Shown: one piece after another, positions 37,745 to 47,505 of the stretch
Layout of the letters: the number at the start of each line of letters is the position of its first letter
Position numbering within the stretch: the first letter of the stretch is position 1
Assembly: GCA_963702895.1 (NCBI GenBank)
Contig: OY969767.1
Location: forward strand, 1,472,001-1,536,000
Reading direction: 5' to 3'
DNA: 64,000 nucleotides
Origin: an uncultured Elusimicrobia bacterium
Lineage (GTDB): Bacteria; Elusimicrobiota; Elusimicrobia; 2-01-FULL-59-12
The notes under the pieces: model-generated
What the model was told of the DNA's origin: nothing
The model's database searches: none
The model's input: only the letters and a program-made list of their open reading frames with translations
Translations under genes and position numbers: made by a program

Positions 37745-38097
37745 GTGCCACACTGTAGGTTTTTGCTTGAGAATCCAAGTGGATCTGAACCCCTCTATCC
37801 AGCCGATCGATGATGGTGGATGTGGCAGGGACCTCCCCGGAAGCCCATCCCTTGACTGTGGTTTTGAGATCGGTGCGCTTCGCCGGATGACTGATCACCA
37901 CACGGCGCTCGGCATCAATCGAAAAACCTGAACTATAGACCGCAACATGGACTTTCGCCTTTGTGGCCGCCTGGCTGAGTCCGGCGAAAAGAATGACAAA
38001 ACATAACGCCTTAGCGGCGGTGCTCCGTATTAAGAATTTCATGACGAGTCTCCTTTGTGCGATTCAATACAAATCTGCCCGGCAGATGATCCGCTTC

Positions 38098-38431
38098 GTC
38101 ATCCCCGCGGAAGCGGGCCCTCCACACAGCCGGCGGGCCCGTCCGCCGGATTTGTGGAGGACGGGGACCCATGAGACTAACCGGAAAACTGTAGTTGCCG
38201 TCACCCCGGCACGTCGTAAGCCGGCCCTCCAGACTACCGGCGGGCCGTCCGCCCTGCCGTGTGGCGGACGGGGTCTATCATCGACGTATAAAACATGATG
38301 GATCCCCCACTTACGACCGTGGGGGATGACGGCACTAAAAAGTCCCGACGTCTCAATCGATAAACAACGCCCAACCGAACGTTTCCGGCTGATAGAAACG
38401 AGGACGAAATCCCCGCTTTCGCGAGCATGAC
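38098..38431. repeat. Nested repeat cluster: outer REP doublet containing a MITE-like shell (38178-38391) containing an inner REP doublet (38200-38330)
   Basis: GTCATCCCCGCGGAAGCGGG...; TAACCGGAAAAC...GTTTCCGGCT; ...CCCCGCTTTCGCGAGCATGAC. Confidence 0.85.
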
Positions 38432-38486
38432 AACAGGGTTGCGAGAAAAGCCACCATCACGCTTTATCAAACGACCAACTTCGTGA

Positions 38487-39521
38487 TCAGAGGATGAGAT
38501 CGATGCTCGATTTGAGCCCCTTCATTGCCGCCTCGTTAAAATCAAACCATTCCGCGGGTTTGGTCTTGCCGGCAGACATTTTTTGGTGCGCGCGGACCCA
38601 GGTGATCGAGATCAGGCGGAATTGCTTCACCTCCTGGTGGATCTGGCTCTCCAGGCGCTGGAGTTCGCGGTGTGTTTCCCGGTAGGTTTGCCAATCCGGC
38701 TCAATCTCCTTCTGAATTTTGTGCATGATATCGAACTTCCCCATCAGATATTTGACCATCGCCATCAGTTGATCATACGTCGGCTTGCCTTGGGGAATGA
38801 GTTTCGGATCGCGAATCTGCTGGCTCTTCATGAGGTCCTTGTAGGCGCTATCGTCCTTACGGCCCGTACGGTAGATGTACGAGAGCGCTCTCAAAACGTC
38901 ATATTTTTCGCGGTCCAGGGCTCCCTGATAGGCAATGACTTCCGCGTAGCGGGTGTCAATTTTCTTTTCCAACTTTCTGGCCACGACACCGGTAGCGGCG
39001 TCAACCTGGTTGAGCGTCTGATCCATAAACCGACCCATTCCGGTGATGAGAGGCTGGGCGGTCCGCAATGCCTCCAGAAGATGCTTTTGCTTTCGGACAT
39101 CACGCAGCACCCCCTCATAATGCCCCGGTGGAAGCTCCAGGGCTTTCTGGATACCGCCCTGGATCTGAGCCAGGTAGTCCGCGTATTGCTGGATCCGCTC
39201 CGATTCGCTGCGGCCCGATTCGGAAATGGTGACGAGCTGGAGGGAGTATCGGACAATACCCTTCAGGACCTTATCCGAGTCATCGGCGGCCTTGAACAGC
39301 GCGGATTCTTCCGGCTCACCCTTGGCAATGAATTCCCTGGTATAGATGGCATTGCCTCGGGTGAACCCGAAATTCGCGTCCTTCATCATGGTCACCGTGG
39401 CGTCGGTGAAATACCCAATATCCGCTTGCGTGCTGGATGTGAATTTCCCGCCGAAAGTCGCACAACCCGTCATCAATGCGGCCATCAGGACAACGATGAG
39501 ACACAATGAATTTCGGCGCAA
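38487..39521 (-). CDS. Hypothetical lipoprotein
   Basis: Lipobox LMTGC; AAGGAGG RBS before TTG 39521. Confidence 0.8.
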   Translation of the reverse strand: MRRNSLCLIVVLMAALMTGCATFGGKFTSSTQADIGYFTDATVTMMKDANFGFTRGNAIYTREFIAKGEPEESALFKAADDSDKVLKGIVRYSLQLVTISESGRSESERIQQYADYLAQIQGGIQKALELPPGHYEGVLRDVRKQKHLLEALRTAQPLITGMGRFMDQTLNQVDAATGVVARKLEKKIDTRYAEVIAYQGALDREKYDVLRALSYIYRTGRKDDSAYKDLMKSQQIRDPKLIPQGKPTYDQLMAMVKYLMGKFDIMHKIQKEIEPDWQTYRETHRELQRLESQIHQEVKQFRLISITWVRAHQKMSAGKTKPAEWFDFNEAAMKGLKSSIDLIL

Positions 39522-39610
39522 GGAATCCTCCTTGGATGTGAGATAGGGTTTGAGCTCTGAGCGGAGTGTGGTCATGGAATTTCGCACCTCTGACACTTCT
39601 GCCTTGACGG

Positions 39611-42325
39611 TCATTTGACGCTTCGAAGGACCGCTTGCCGCCCTTTTTTCAAGAATTCTTCCTGCCCGACGGCCCCGTAGACATGAATGGCCTGGGCCAC
39701 GAGGCCTGTCCAGCCTGTTTGGTGGCTGGCCCCGATGCCCGCTCCGGTGTCCCCGTGAAAGTATTCATAATAGAGAATCAGATCCTTCCAATGGGGATCT
39801 TTCTGGAATTTTTCGATAGATCCGTGAACAGGACGCCGGCCTTTTTTGTCCCGCAGGAAAATCCCCGCGAGGCGCCGGGCGATTTCCTCGCTCACTTCGT
39901 AGAGGGTCATCATCTTCCCGGAGCCGGTGGGGCATTCCACCTTGAAAGAATCACCATAGAAAAGATACTGCTGCCGGAGCGCGCGAAGGAGGAGCTGGTT
40001 CACAGGCATCCAGATGGGGCCGCGCCAGTTCGAATTTCCGCCGAACATCCCCGTATTAGAGTCGCCCGGAACATAATCCACGCGGTATTCCTGGCCGTTC
40101 ACATGGAAAACATAGGGCTTTTTCTCGTGAACCTTGGAAAGCGCCCGGATTCCGTAAGGGCTTAAGAATTCGTTTTCGTCGAGGAGATAAGACAAGAGTC
40201 GCCTCAGTTTCTTCTCATCCACTACGGTGAGAAGCCTCCGGTCCTGGAAGCCTTTGGCTCCGATCGTGCTGTTGGCTGCTTTGAGTTCCGGGTGGCGAGC
40301 CAAGTACGCTTGTATTTTCTCCACCGCACGCGGGAATTTGTTTCGGAGCTCAGGTTCCACAAGGGTAGACGCGCAAAGGGGCAGAAACCCCACCATGGAC
40401 CTGATCCGGAGGCGCTGGTTCTGGCCGTTCGGCAGGCAGAGCACGTCATAGAAAAACCCGTCTTTCTCGTCCCACATTTTGTCATCACGCTCGCCCGGCT
40501 GGTCCATGGCGGCAGAGATGGAGGCGAAATGTTCCACGAACTTGAGGACCATCGATTCATAGACGGGATCGTGGAGCGCCAACTCCATTGCCAACTCCAG
40601 CATGTTCTGCGCGAAAAGCGCCATCCACGCCGTGCCATCGGCTTGTTCGAGATAACCGCCGGTCGGCAAGGGCGAGCTTCGGTCAAAGACGCCGATGTTG
40701 TCCATTCCGAGGAACCCGCCTTCAAAGGCGTTTTTCCCATTACGGTCTTTGCGATTGACCCACCACGTAAAGTTCAAGAGCAGCTTGTGGAAAGAATCCT
40801 TCAGGAAGGCGATGTCCCCTTCCCCTTTTTGCGATTTTTCGATGAGGTAGATGAAGAGCGTCGAAAAAGCGTGAACGGGCGGGTTCACGTCCCCAAAATT
40901 CCATTCATAAGCTGGGATTTGACCATTGGGATGGAGGTAAACCTCGCGCAGCATCAGTTTCAGCTGATCTTTGGCGAAGTCAATGTCAACCAGAGCTAAG
41001 GCCTGAGTGTGGAAAGCCAAGTCCCACGCGGCATACCAAGGGTATTCCCATTTGTCCGGCATCGAGATGATGTCGTCGTTGACCATGTGATACCAAGCGC
41101 GATTTCGGACCGCCTGATTGCCCGATTTGTAGGGATCGCTTCCATGTTCCTGGAGCCACTTTTTCACGTCGTAATAAAAATACTGTTTGCTCCAGAGCAT
41201 TCCGGCGATGGCTTGCCGGTACACCGCCTTCTGGTCGGCGCTCAAGCCTTTTGGCATAGCCTGGTCATAGAAGGAATCGGCTTCCGCTTGGCGGACGACA
41301 AAAGCTTGTTCAAAGGGGTCGCCAAAGGGCGCAGCGAGGTTGGAGGGAGCGGTCTGTGTGAGACGCAGACGAACGGTCTCCGAGCTTTTCGGCTTGACCT
41401 TGAGGAGAAAGTCCGCCGCGGCCTTTGTCCCTCGCTGCTTAGGATTCACATATTTGGCATCCCCTTTGATCAGAGTGTCGTTGATCGCGTCTTTCACATG
41501 GGGGCTCGGATTGGCTTGGCCGTAGAGCCGGTTGACGTTGGTTTCATTTTCCGTGAACAAAAGAGGAACATCGCCTTCGCTGTAGAGGTAATAATCACCG
41601 AGGGCTGAGTGTTCGGCCATCATGACGCTCGTCCCTTTGGCAGCTGGGATTTTCCTCAGAAGCGGTTTGGGAGCGCCTTTGTCCCACGACCAGGTGTTGC
41701 GAAACCACAGATGCGGCAAGAGGTGCAGAGTGGCTTCCTCCGGCCCGCGGTTGCATGCTGTGATTTTGATCAGGATATCGTCCGGCCCTTCTTTGGCATA
41801 TTCCACGAATACGTCCCAGTACCGGTCGTCATCGAAAACGCCCGTATCCAGGAGTTCGTATTCCAGCTCGGTCTTGGACCTTTGGCGGTTGGTGCGGACA
41901 AGGTCATCGTAGGGAAAGGCCTTTTGGGGGTATTTGTATAGGTACTTCATGTACGAATGCGTGGGGGTGCTGTCTAAATAGAAGTAATATTCTTTGACGT
42001 CCTCGCCGTGGTTGCCTTCGGAATTGGTCAGGCCGAAGGCACGTTCTTTGATGATGGGATCTTTTCCGTTCCAGAGGGCGAGCGCAAAACAAAGCCTTTG
42101 CTTTTCATCCGAGAACCCGGCCAGACCATCTTCTCCCCAATGGTAGGCCCGCGAGCGCGCGTGATCATGCGGAAAATAGTCCCAAGCGTTGCCGTCCGCG
42201 CTGTAATCTTCGCGCACCGTGCCCCACTGGCGCTCGCTCAAGTAAGGGCCCCACTTCTTCCAAGAGACACCTTCCCTGGATTCGGCCAGACGCTTCTGTT
42301 CAGCGTTCTTGGTTGTCGATATCAT
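39611..42325 (-). CDS. MGH1-like glycoside hydrolase (GH63-like glucosidase)
   Basis: WGPYLSERQWGTVREDYS, MPDKWEYPWYAAWDLAFH, EYFHGDTGAGIGASHQTGWT. Confidence 0.93.
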   Translation of the reverse strand: MISTTKNAEQKRLAESREGVSWKKWGPYLSERQWGTVREDYSADGNAWDYFPHDHARSRAYHWGEDGLAGFSDEKQRLCFALALWNGKDPIIKERAFGLTNSEGNHGEDVKEYYFYLDSTPTHSYMKYLYKYPQKAFPYDDLVRTNRQRSKTELEYELLDTGVFDDDRYWDVFVEYAKEGPDDILIKITACNRGPEEATLHLLPHLWFRNTWSWDKGAPKPLLRKIPAAKGTSVMMAEHSALGDYYLYSEGDVPLLFTENETNVNRLYGQANPSPHVKDAINDTLIKGDAKYVNPKQRGTKAAADFLLKVKPKSSETVRLRLTQTAPSNLAAPFGDPFEQAFVVRQAEADSFYDQAMPKGLSADQKAVYRQAIAGMLWSKQYFYYDVKKWLQEHGSDPYKSGNQAVRNRAWYHMVNDDIISMPDKWEYPWYAAWDLAFHTQALALVDIDFAKDQLKLMLREVYLHPNGQIPAYEWNFGDVNPPVHAFSTLFIYLIEKSQKGEGDIAFLKDSFHKLLLNFTWWVNRKDRNGKNAFEGGFLGMDNIGVFDRSSPLPTGGYLEQADGTAWMALFAQNMLELAMELALHDPVYESMVLKFVEHFASISAAMDQPGERDDKMWDEKDGFFYDVLCLPNGQNQRLRIRSMVGFLPLCASTLVEPELRNKFPRAVEKIQAYLARHPELKAANSTIGAKGFQDRRLLTVVDEKKLRRLLSYLLDENEFLSPYGIRALSKVHEKKPYVFHVNGQEYRVDYVPGDSNTGMFGGNSNWRGPIWMPVNQLLLRALRQQYLFYGDSFKVECPTGSGKMMTLYEVSEEIARRLAGIFLRDKKGRRPVHGSIEKFQKDPHWKDLILYYEYFHGDTGAGIGASHQTGWTGLVAQAIHVYGAVGQEEFLKKGRQAVLRSVK

Positions 42326-42417
42326 GAATAGTCCTCCACGATCGGAAACGAAATGCCCCCACGATCAAACCCGCGCACGGCCAGACCCAATGATAGCTTT
42401 TCAAGGCTTCTTGTTCG

Positions 42418-43545
42418 TCACGCCGCGGCGGCGAGGCTCTTCCGGAGCAGAGACAAGGCCGCCAGCAAAAGGAAACTGCCGATCACAAATTCCGCCAGGA
42501 AGCTTGGCCACACCACGTCCAACCCCGCGCCCCGGAAAAGGATGGCCTGGGCGAACCGTACAAAGTGCGTGGTGGGCGCGGCCTGCATGATGATCTGGAT
42601 GAATTGCGGCATGCTTTGATACGGGGTGTTGCCGCCCGAAAGCATCTGCAAAGGCAAGATGACGAGGATCATGAGCAGGCCCATCTGCGGCATGGTGCGC
42701 GCCAGAGTCCCGATCAGGATGCCCAGCGACGTCACAGAATACAGATGGAGCGCCACCCCCGCCAAAAAGAGCGGGATCGACCCCGCCATCGGCATGGCCA
42801 GAGACCCCTGCACAATCCCTTGAACCGATAAGGCCGTTGCCACCAGGACCACCAAACCGTTCGACCAGATCTTGGCCATCATGATTTCGAAGGGGGCGAG
42901 CGGCATCACGAGCAGATGCTCGAGCGTGCCGTGTTCGCGCTCGCGGATGAGGGCCGCCCCGGTCAAGATCATGGCGAGCATCGTGATCTGGTTGACGAGC
43001 TGCACAATGGCCCCGAACCACATCGTCGCCTGCGTCGGGTTAAATTTGTAGCGCGTGACGAGCTTCACCGGCGGGGAGAGGTCAACCCGGTGCCCGCCCG
43101 CAAGATACGCGCGCACTTCGTCCATCACGATGGTTTGGGTGTAGCTCGCCCCCAGAAACGCCTGGCTCATGCGCGTGGCGTCAATATTGAGCTGAGCCTT
43201 CGGCTGTTTGCCGGCCACCACGTCCCGCGCGAAATTGGGCGGGATGTCCAGAATAAAGGTGTACGTCCCGGCGTCCAGCGCCGGATCCATCTCCCAGGGC
43301 TCAATGAGCACGGCCGGCTTGAAGCGCGGCGGGAAAAAAGCCAGTTCGATCTGACGCGACAGGGGAGAGCGGTCCTGGTCAAGGATGGCGATGGGGGCGT
43401 TCACCACATCTCCGGCGATGGCTTTCGAACCGTTGATCACCGCGAGGCTGAAGGCGTACACGATAAAGATGACCATGACCGGATCGCGCCAGAGGCTCAG
43501 GAGCTCTTTAATGCCCAGGTGAAAGATGTTGGCAACGCGCTTCAT
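42418..43545 (-). CDS. yhhJ: ABC-2 permease, YhhJ-like
   Basis: [33 protein letters not shown]. Confidence 0.88.
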   Translation of the reverse strand: MKRVANIFHLGIKELLSLWRDPVMVIFIVYAFSLAVINGSKAIAGDVVNAPIAILDQDRSPLSRQIELAFFPPRFKPAVLIEPWEMDPALDAGTYTFILDIPPNFARDVVAGKQPKAQLNIDATRMSQAFLGASYTQTIVMDEVRAYLAGGHRVDLSPPVKLVTRYKFNPTQATMWFGAIVQLVNQITMLAMILTGAALIREREHGTLEHLLVMPLAPFEIMMAKIWSNGLVVLVATALSVQGIVQGSLAMPMAGSIPLFLAGVALHLYSVTSLGILIGTLARTMPQMGLLMILVILPLQMLSGGNTPYQSMPQFIQIIMQAAPTTHFVRFAQAILFRGAGLDVVWPSFLAEFVIGSFLLLAALSLLRKSLAAAA

Positions 43546-46310
43546 GATTCCTGCTTGTTCAAAAGAAACCACGAGATGGCCGTCAACACCGGGATCGACA
43601 CCGCCAGGGCCAGAAACGGCTGGGTGAGATCCTGAAATCCAAGGGCCTTGTTGAACACCCCTTGGGAGATCGTGATGAAGTGGGCCGTGGGATAGACTTT
43701 GCCGATCAAGGCCGGCGTACCCTCGAGGGCCGACACCGGCTGCGTGAGTCCCGAGAACATGGTGGCCGGCAGGATCGTCGCGATGGCCGTGCCGAAGATG
43801 GCGGCGATCTGGGTTGTGGTAAAGGCCGACATCACAAAGCCGAGGCTCGTTGTGCAAAGGATGTACAGGAAGCCGCCGGCGAGAAGCGCGAGCACGCTTC
43901 CTTTGAGCGGAACCTGGAAGATCGTCACCGCCATGACAATGAGCAGGACCAGGTTGATCATGGCCACGCTCACGTAGGGCACCTGCTTGCCGAGAATAAA
44001 TTCCAGCCGCGTCGTCGGGGTCGCGTAGAAATTGGTGATGGAGCCCAGTTCTTTCTCCCGCACGACGCCCAGCGCCATGAGCATCGCCGGGATGAGCACC
44101 AGGATAATGGGGATGGTCGGCGGCACCAGGGCATAGATGCTCTTAAAGTCCTGGTTGTAGCGGTAGCGCATCTCGAGAAGCGGCTTCACGCCGACCGCGG
44201 GCGCCTCGATACGGGGCGAGATCGATCGGGCGACGAAATCGTTGTGCAAGCCCTGGATGTAGCCGGCCACGCTCTGGGCGCGGGAAGGCATGGCCCCATC
44301 CACCCAGGCGGCGACTTCCGTCTTCCCCCCGCGCGCGACGTCCTTGCCGTAGTTCGGCGGGATTTCCACAACGAGGTCGAGCTTTCCCTTACGCATCTGA
44401 CGTTCCAGATCCGTTGGATCCAAAACCGGCGGCTTCTGGACGAAGTAGGCGGATCCCGCGAGATTGTCTGTGTATTGCAGGCTGGCAGGGCTCTGATCGT
44501 TGTCGAGCATGGAGAAAGCGATGTTCTCCACGTCAAAGTTGATGCCAAACCCCAGGACCAACATGAGCAGGACGGACCCGCCCAGTGCGAAGGTCAAGCG
44601 GATGGGGTCGCGTTTGAGCTCCAGCGCCTCCCGGTAGGCATACCCAAAAAGACGCCGCCAGCTGAAACCCTTGTCTTGCGCGTGCGCGGATGCGGCCGGA
44701 GGCGCCGCGGAGGCTTGGGCCGGCGCGGCCGCAGGAGCGGCGGGAGCCGCGGGCGGTGCGGCCGCGGCGGCGGCTTTTTCAAGATAGGAAATAAACGCTT
44801 CCTCCAGGTTCTTCGAACCGCTTGTCGTCACGAGCCTCGCCGGCGCGTCGCTCGCCAGGACTTTTCCCGAGTGCATGAGCGATATGCGGTCGCACCACCC
44901 CGCCTCGTTCATGAAATGGGTTGAGACAAAGATCGTCACCTGTTCCTTCCGGGACAGATGGATCAGGAGTTCCCAGAAGGATTCCCGCGCCACCGGGTCC
45001 ACGCCGGAGGTAGGCTCGTCCAAAATGAGGAGTTCCGGTTTGTGGATCATGGCCACGGCGAGCGAGAGCCGCTGGCGCGTGCCCAAGGGCAGGCTTTCGG
45101 CCAGGTCATCGATGTAGTTCTTCAGGTCAAACTGCTTGATGAGCTCCTGCACGCGGGGCTCGATTTGGCCCTTGGGCAGCTCAAAGATCCGGGCGTGGAG
45201 CATCAGGTTCTGCCGCACCGTGAGCTCGGAATAGAGTGAAAAGGCCTGCGACATGAACCCGATGCGCTTGCGCGTCGCCAGGTCTTTGCCGGTCACCTTT
45301 TCGCCAAACATATACGCGGTGCCGTCGGTCGAAGGCAGGAGGCCCGTGAGCATCTTCATGGTGGTCGTCTTGCCGCAGCCGTTTGACCCCAAAAATCCGA
45401 AAATTTCCCCCTTGGGTATTTTGAAGCTGACGTGGTCGACCGCCGTGAAGTCGCCAAAACGCCGGGTGAGCCCTTCGGCCTGAATGGCCGGGGTCCCTTC
45501 CATGGCCACGTCCCGCGGCGGGACGACGAGCGCCTTATGCCCTTGCCGTTTGGCCTCCGGAAGAAGACGAATGAACGCCGCGTCGAGGTTGTCCGCCCCC
45601 ACCCGGGATTTCAGCTCCGCGGGCGTGCCTTCGGCGAGCACTTTGCCGTCGTCCATGGCCACGAGCCAGTCAAAACCGTCCGCCTCGTCCATGTAGGCGG
45701 TCGACACCAGAACGCTCATCTGCGGGCGCTGCACGCGGATGCGACGGATCAGTTCCCAGAACTGGCGGCGGGAGAGCGGGTCCACGCCCGTCGTCGGCTC
45801 ATCCAGGATCAAAAGGTCCGGGTCATGAATCAGGGAACAGCACAGGCCCAGTTTCTGCTTCATCCCGCCGGAGAGTTTCCCCGCCGGGCGCTGCTTGAAG
45901 GGGAGCATGCCGGTGCTGGCGAGCAGATCGTCAATGCGGCGCTCGCGCTCTTCCTTGTCTTGCCCAAAGAGCCGGCCGAAGAAATCCATGTTCTCGGAAA
46001 CAGAAAGCGTCATGTAGAGATTTTTGCCCAAACCCTGCGGCATGTAGGCGATCCGTGGGCAGGCGTCGTTACGGTGTTTGAGCTGGGCCATGTCGCCGCC
46101 TAAAACCTCGACGCGGCCTGTTTGTATCTTCCGGACGCCGGACAGGATGGACATGAGGCTGGATTTTCCGACGCCGTCGGGTCCGAGCAGACCGACCATG
46201 CAATCGGCCGGTAGACTCAGGTTGATGGCGTCCAGGGCGAGCTTGCGGCCGTAGCGCTGCGAAAGGCCTTCGACGCGCGCGACGACCTTACGGGGCGGGG
46301 CTGGATTCAT
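43542..46310 (-). CDS. rbbA: Ribosome-associated ATPase / ABC transporter RbbA
   Basis: Two ABC domains ([16 protein letters not shown]) plus a permease domain (VVREKELGS). Confidence 0.93.
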   Translation of the reverse strand: MNPAPPRKVVARVEGLSQRYGRKLALDAINLSLPADCMVGLLGPDGVGKSSLMSILSGVRKIQTGRVEVLGGDMAQLKHRNDACPRIAYMPQGLGKNLYMTLSVSENMDFFGRLFGQDKEERERRIDDLLASTGMLPFKQRPAGKLSGGMKQKLGLCCSLIHDPDLLILDEPTTGVDPLSRRQFWELIRRIRVQRPQMSVLVSTAYMDEADGFDWLVAMDDGKVLAEGTPAELKSRVGADNLDAAFIRLLPEAKRQGHKALVVPPRDVAMEGTPAIQAEGLTRRFGDFTAVDHVSFKIPKGEIFGFLGSNGCGKTTTMKMLTGLLPSTDGTAYMFGEKVTGKDLATRKRIGFMSQAFSLYSELTVRQNLMLHARIFELPKGQIEPRVQELIKQFDLKNYIDDLAESLPLGTRQRLSLAVAMIHKPELLILDEPTSGVDPVARESFWELLIHLSRKEQVTIFVSTHFMNEAGWCDRISLMHSGKVLASDAPARLVTTSGSKNLEEAFISYLEKAAAAAAPPAAPAAPAAAPAQASAAPPAASAHAQDKGFSWRRLFGYAYREALELKRDPIRLTFALGGSVLLMLVLGFGINFDVENIAFSMLDNDQSPASLQYTDNLAGSAYFVQKPPVLDPTDLERQMRKGKLDLVVEIPPNYGKDVARGGKTEVAAWVDGAMPSRAQSVAGYIQGLHNDFVARSISPRIEAPAVGVKPLLEMRYRYNQDFKSIYALVPPTIPIILVLIPAMLMALGVVREKELGSITNFYATPTTRLEFILGKQVPYVSVAMINLVLLIVMAVTIFQVPLKGSVLALLAGGFLYILCTTSLGFVMSAFTTTQIAAIFGTAIATILPATMFSGLTQPVSALEGTPALIGKVYPTAHFITISQGVFNKALGFQDLTQPFLALAVSIPVLTAISWFLLNKQES

Positions 46311-47292
46311 GGGCCGGCACGGCGAGGAAAGCGGGCCAAGAAGCGTTCGGATCCAAACGCACGTACGCCATGCCCGGCAAACCCGTCTTCACCCGATCGA
46401 CGTAGCGCTGAAGAACGTCCGGATCGACGTTCACTTTGATCCGGAACATGAGCTTGTCCCGCTCGTCCTGTGTCTCCACCTGCTTCGGGGTAAACTGGGA
46501 GCGGGATTCCACAAACGTCACCTTGGCGGGAATGGGCCGGTTCGGAAAGGCATCGAGCACAATGCGGGCTTCCGCGCCGAGCGTGACTTTGCCGGCCTGC
46601 TCGGTGCGCAGATAAAACTGCATGTAGACGTCCTTGAGGTCCAGCACCGTGAAAACGCTGTTTTGCGCGTCCACGACTTCGCCAGGCTCACGGGACCGGT
46701 AGAGGACGCGGCCGTCAATCGGCGAAAGCAGATCACTTTCCGTCAGGTTCACCTTGATCGTATCGACCGCGGCCAGCGCGGCCTGGATCGAGGCCTCGGC
46801 CTTCACGACATCCGCCTGGGCGGAGGCGAGCGTGGCCTGCGCGGTGGCGATGGCACTTTCGCTTTCTTGAAGCTCTTTAAGGGAAATGTCCTTGGTGACG
46901 TAGAGGCTCTTGGACCGCGCGAGATTCTGCTTCGCGAGCAGGAGCTCGCTCTTGCGCTGCGCGACCATCGCCTTCGCGGAGTTCTTGGCTTGCCGCTGCT
47001 CTTCCACCTGGGCCTGGGCTTGCCGCAGCTGGGCATTCAGATCTTTGGTGTCCAGGCGGACGAGCACCTGGTCTTTTTTGACCATGTCGCCTTCCCGCGC
47101 GAGAAGCTCCGCGATGCGAGCGGAGAATTTGGACACGATTTCAACGGTCGTGGCCTCCATGCGGCCGTTGCCGTAGCCGAACTCTTTGGGGACTTTCGGC
47201 GTGGAGAGGTACTTCCAAGCGAAATACCCGCCAAGGGCTGCCACGGCCACCACAACTCCGGCGATCTTCTTTTGCTTGGGTGATAGATTCAT
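46288..47292 (-). CDS. HlyD-family periplasmic adaptor (YhiI-like)
   Basis: [29 protein letters not shown]. Confidence 0.92.
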   Translation of the reverse strand: MNLSPKQKKIAGVVVAVAALGGYFAWKYLSTPKVPKEFGYGNGRMEATTVEIVSKFSARIAELLAREGDMVKKDQVLVRLDTKDLNAQLRQAQAQVEEQRQAKNSAKAMVAQRKSELLLAKQNLARSKSLYVTKDISLKELQESESAIATAQATLASAQADVVKAEASIQAALAAVDTIKVNLTESDLLSPIDGRVLYRSREPGEVVDAQNSVFTVLDLKDVYMQFYLRTEQAGKVTLGAEARIVLDAFPNRPIPAKVTFVESRSQFTPKQVETQDERDKLMFRIKVNVDPDVLQRYVDRVKTGLPGMAYVRLDPNASWPAFLAVPAHESSPAP

Positions 47293-47308
47293 AATCCTCG
47301 CTCCTTGT

Positions 47309-47505
47309 TAGCAGTCTGGCAAAAAACCCTTCCAAATATCTTAAAGCCGTCATTCCGGCGAAAGCCGGAATCCAGAACATCATCGATGAACTGGACCCCG
47401 GGTCTCCACAAATCAGGCGACCCGGCCCGCCAGAAGTGTGGAGGGCCGGCTTCCGCCGGGGTGACGTCAATAGAGATATCGATACCCTTTTTCAGCACCC
47501 TGTTA
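47309..47505. repeat. REP-like doublet (47349-47465) within a second type of MITE-like shell
   Basis: TAGCAGTCTGGCAAAAAA ... TTTTTCAGCACCCTGTTA imperfect TIRs. Confidence 0.8.

Larger units (their letters stand above)
35727..38042 (-). pseudogene. Secreted hypothetical (DUF4412-like) gene interrupted by IS4
   Basis: Removing the IS and one TSD restores a 344-aa ORF (...QAKTYSVAPYVPSF...). Confidence 0.85.

Noticed and set aside
44680..44775. Ala/Pro-rich GC stretch in rbbA as an inserted repeat
   Set aside because: Low-complexity interdomain linker with no match to the repeat families.
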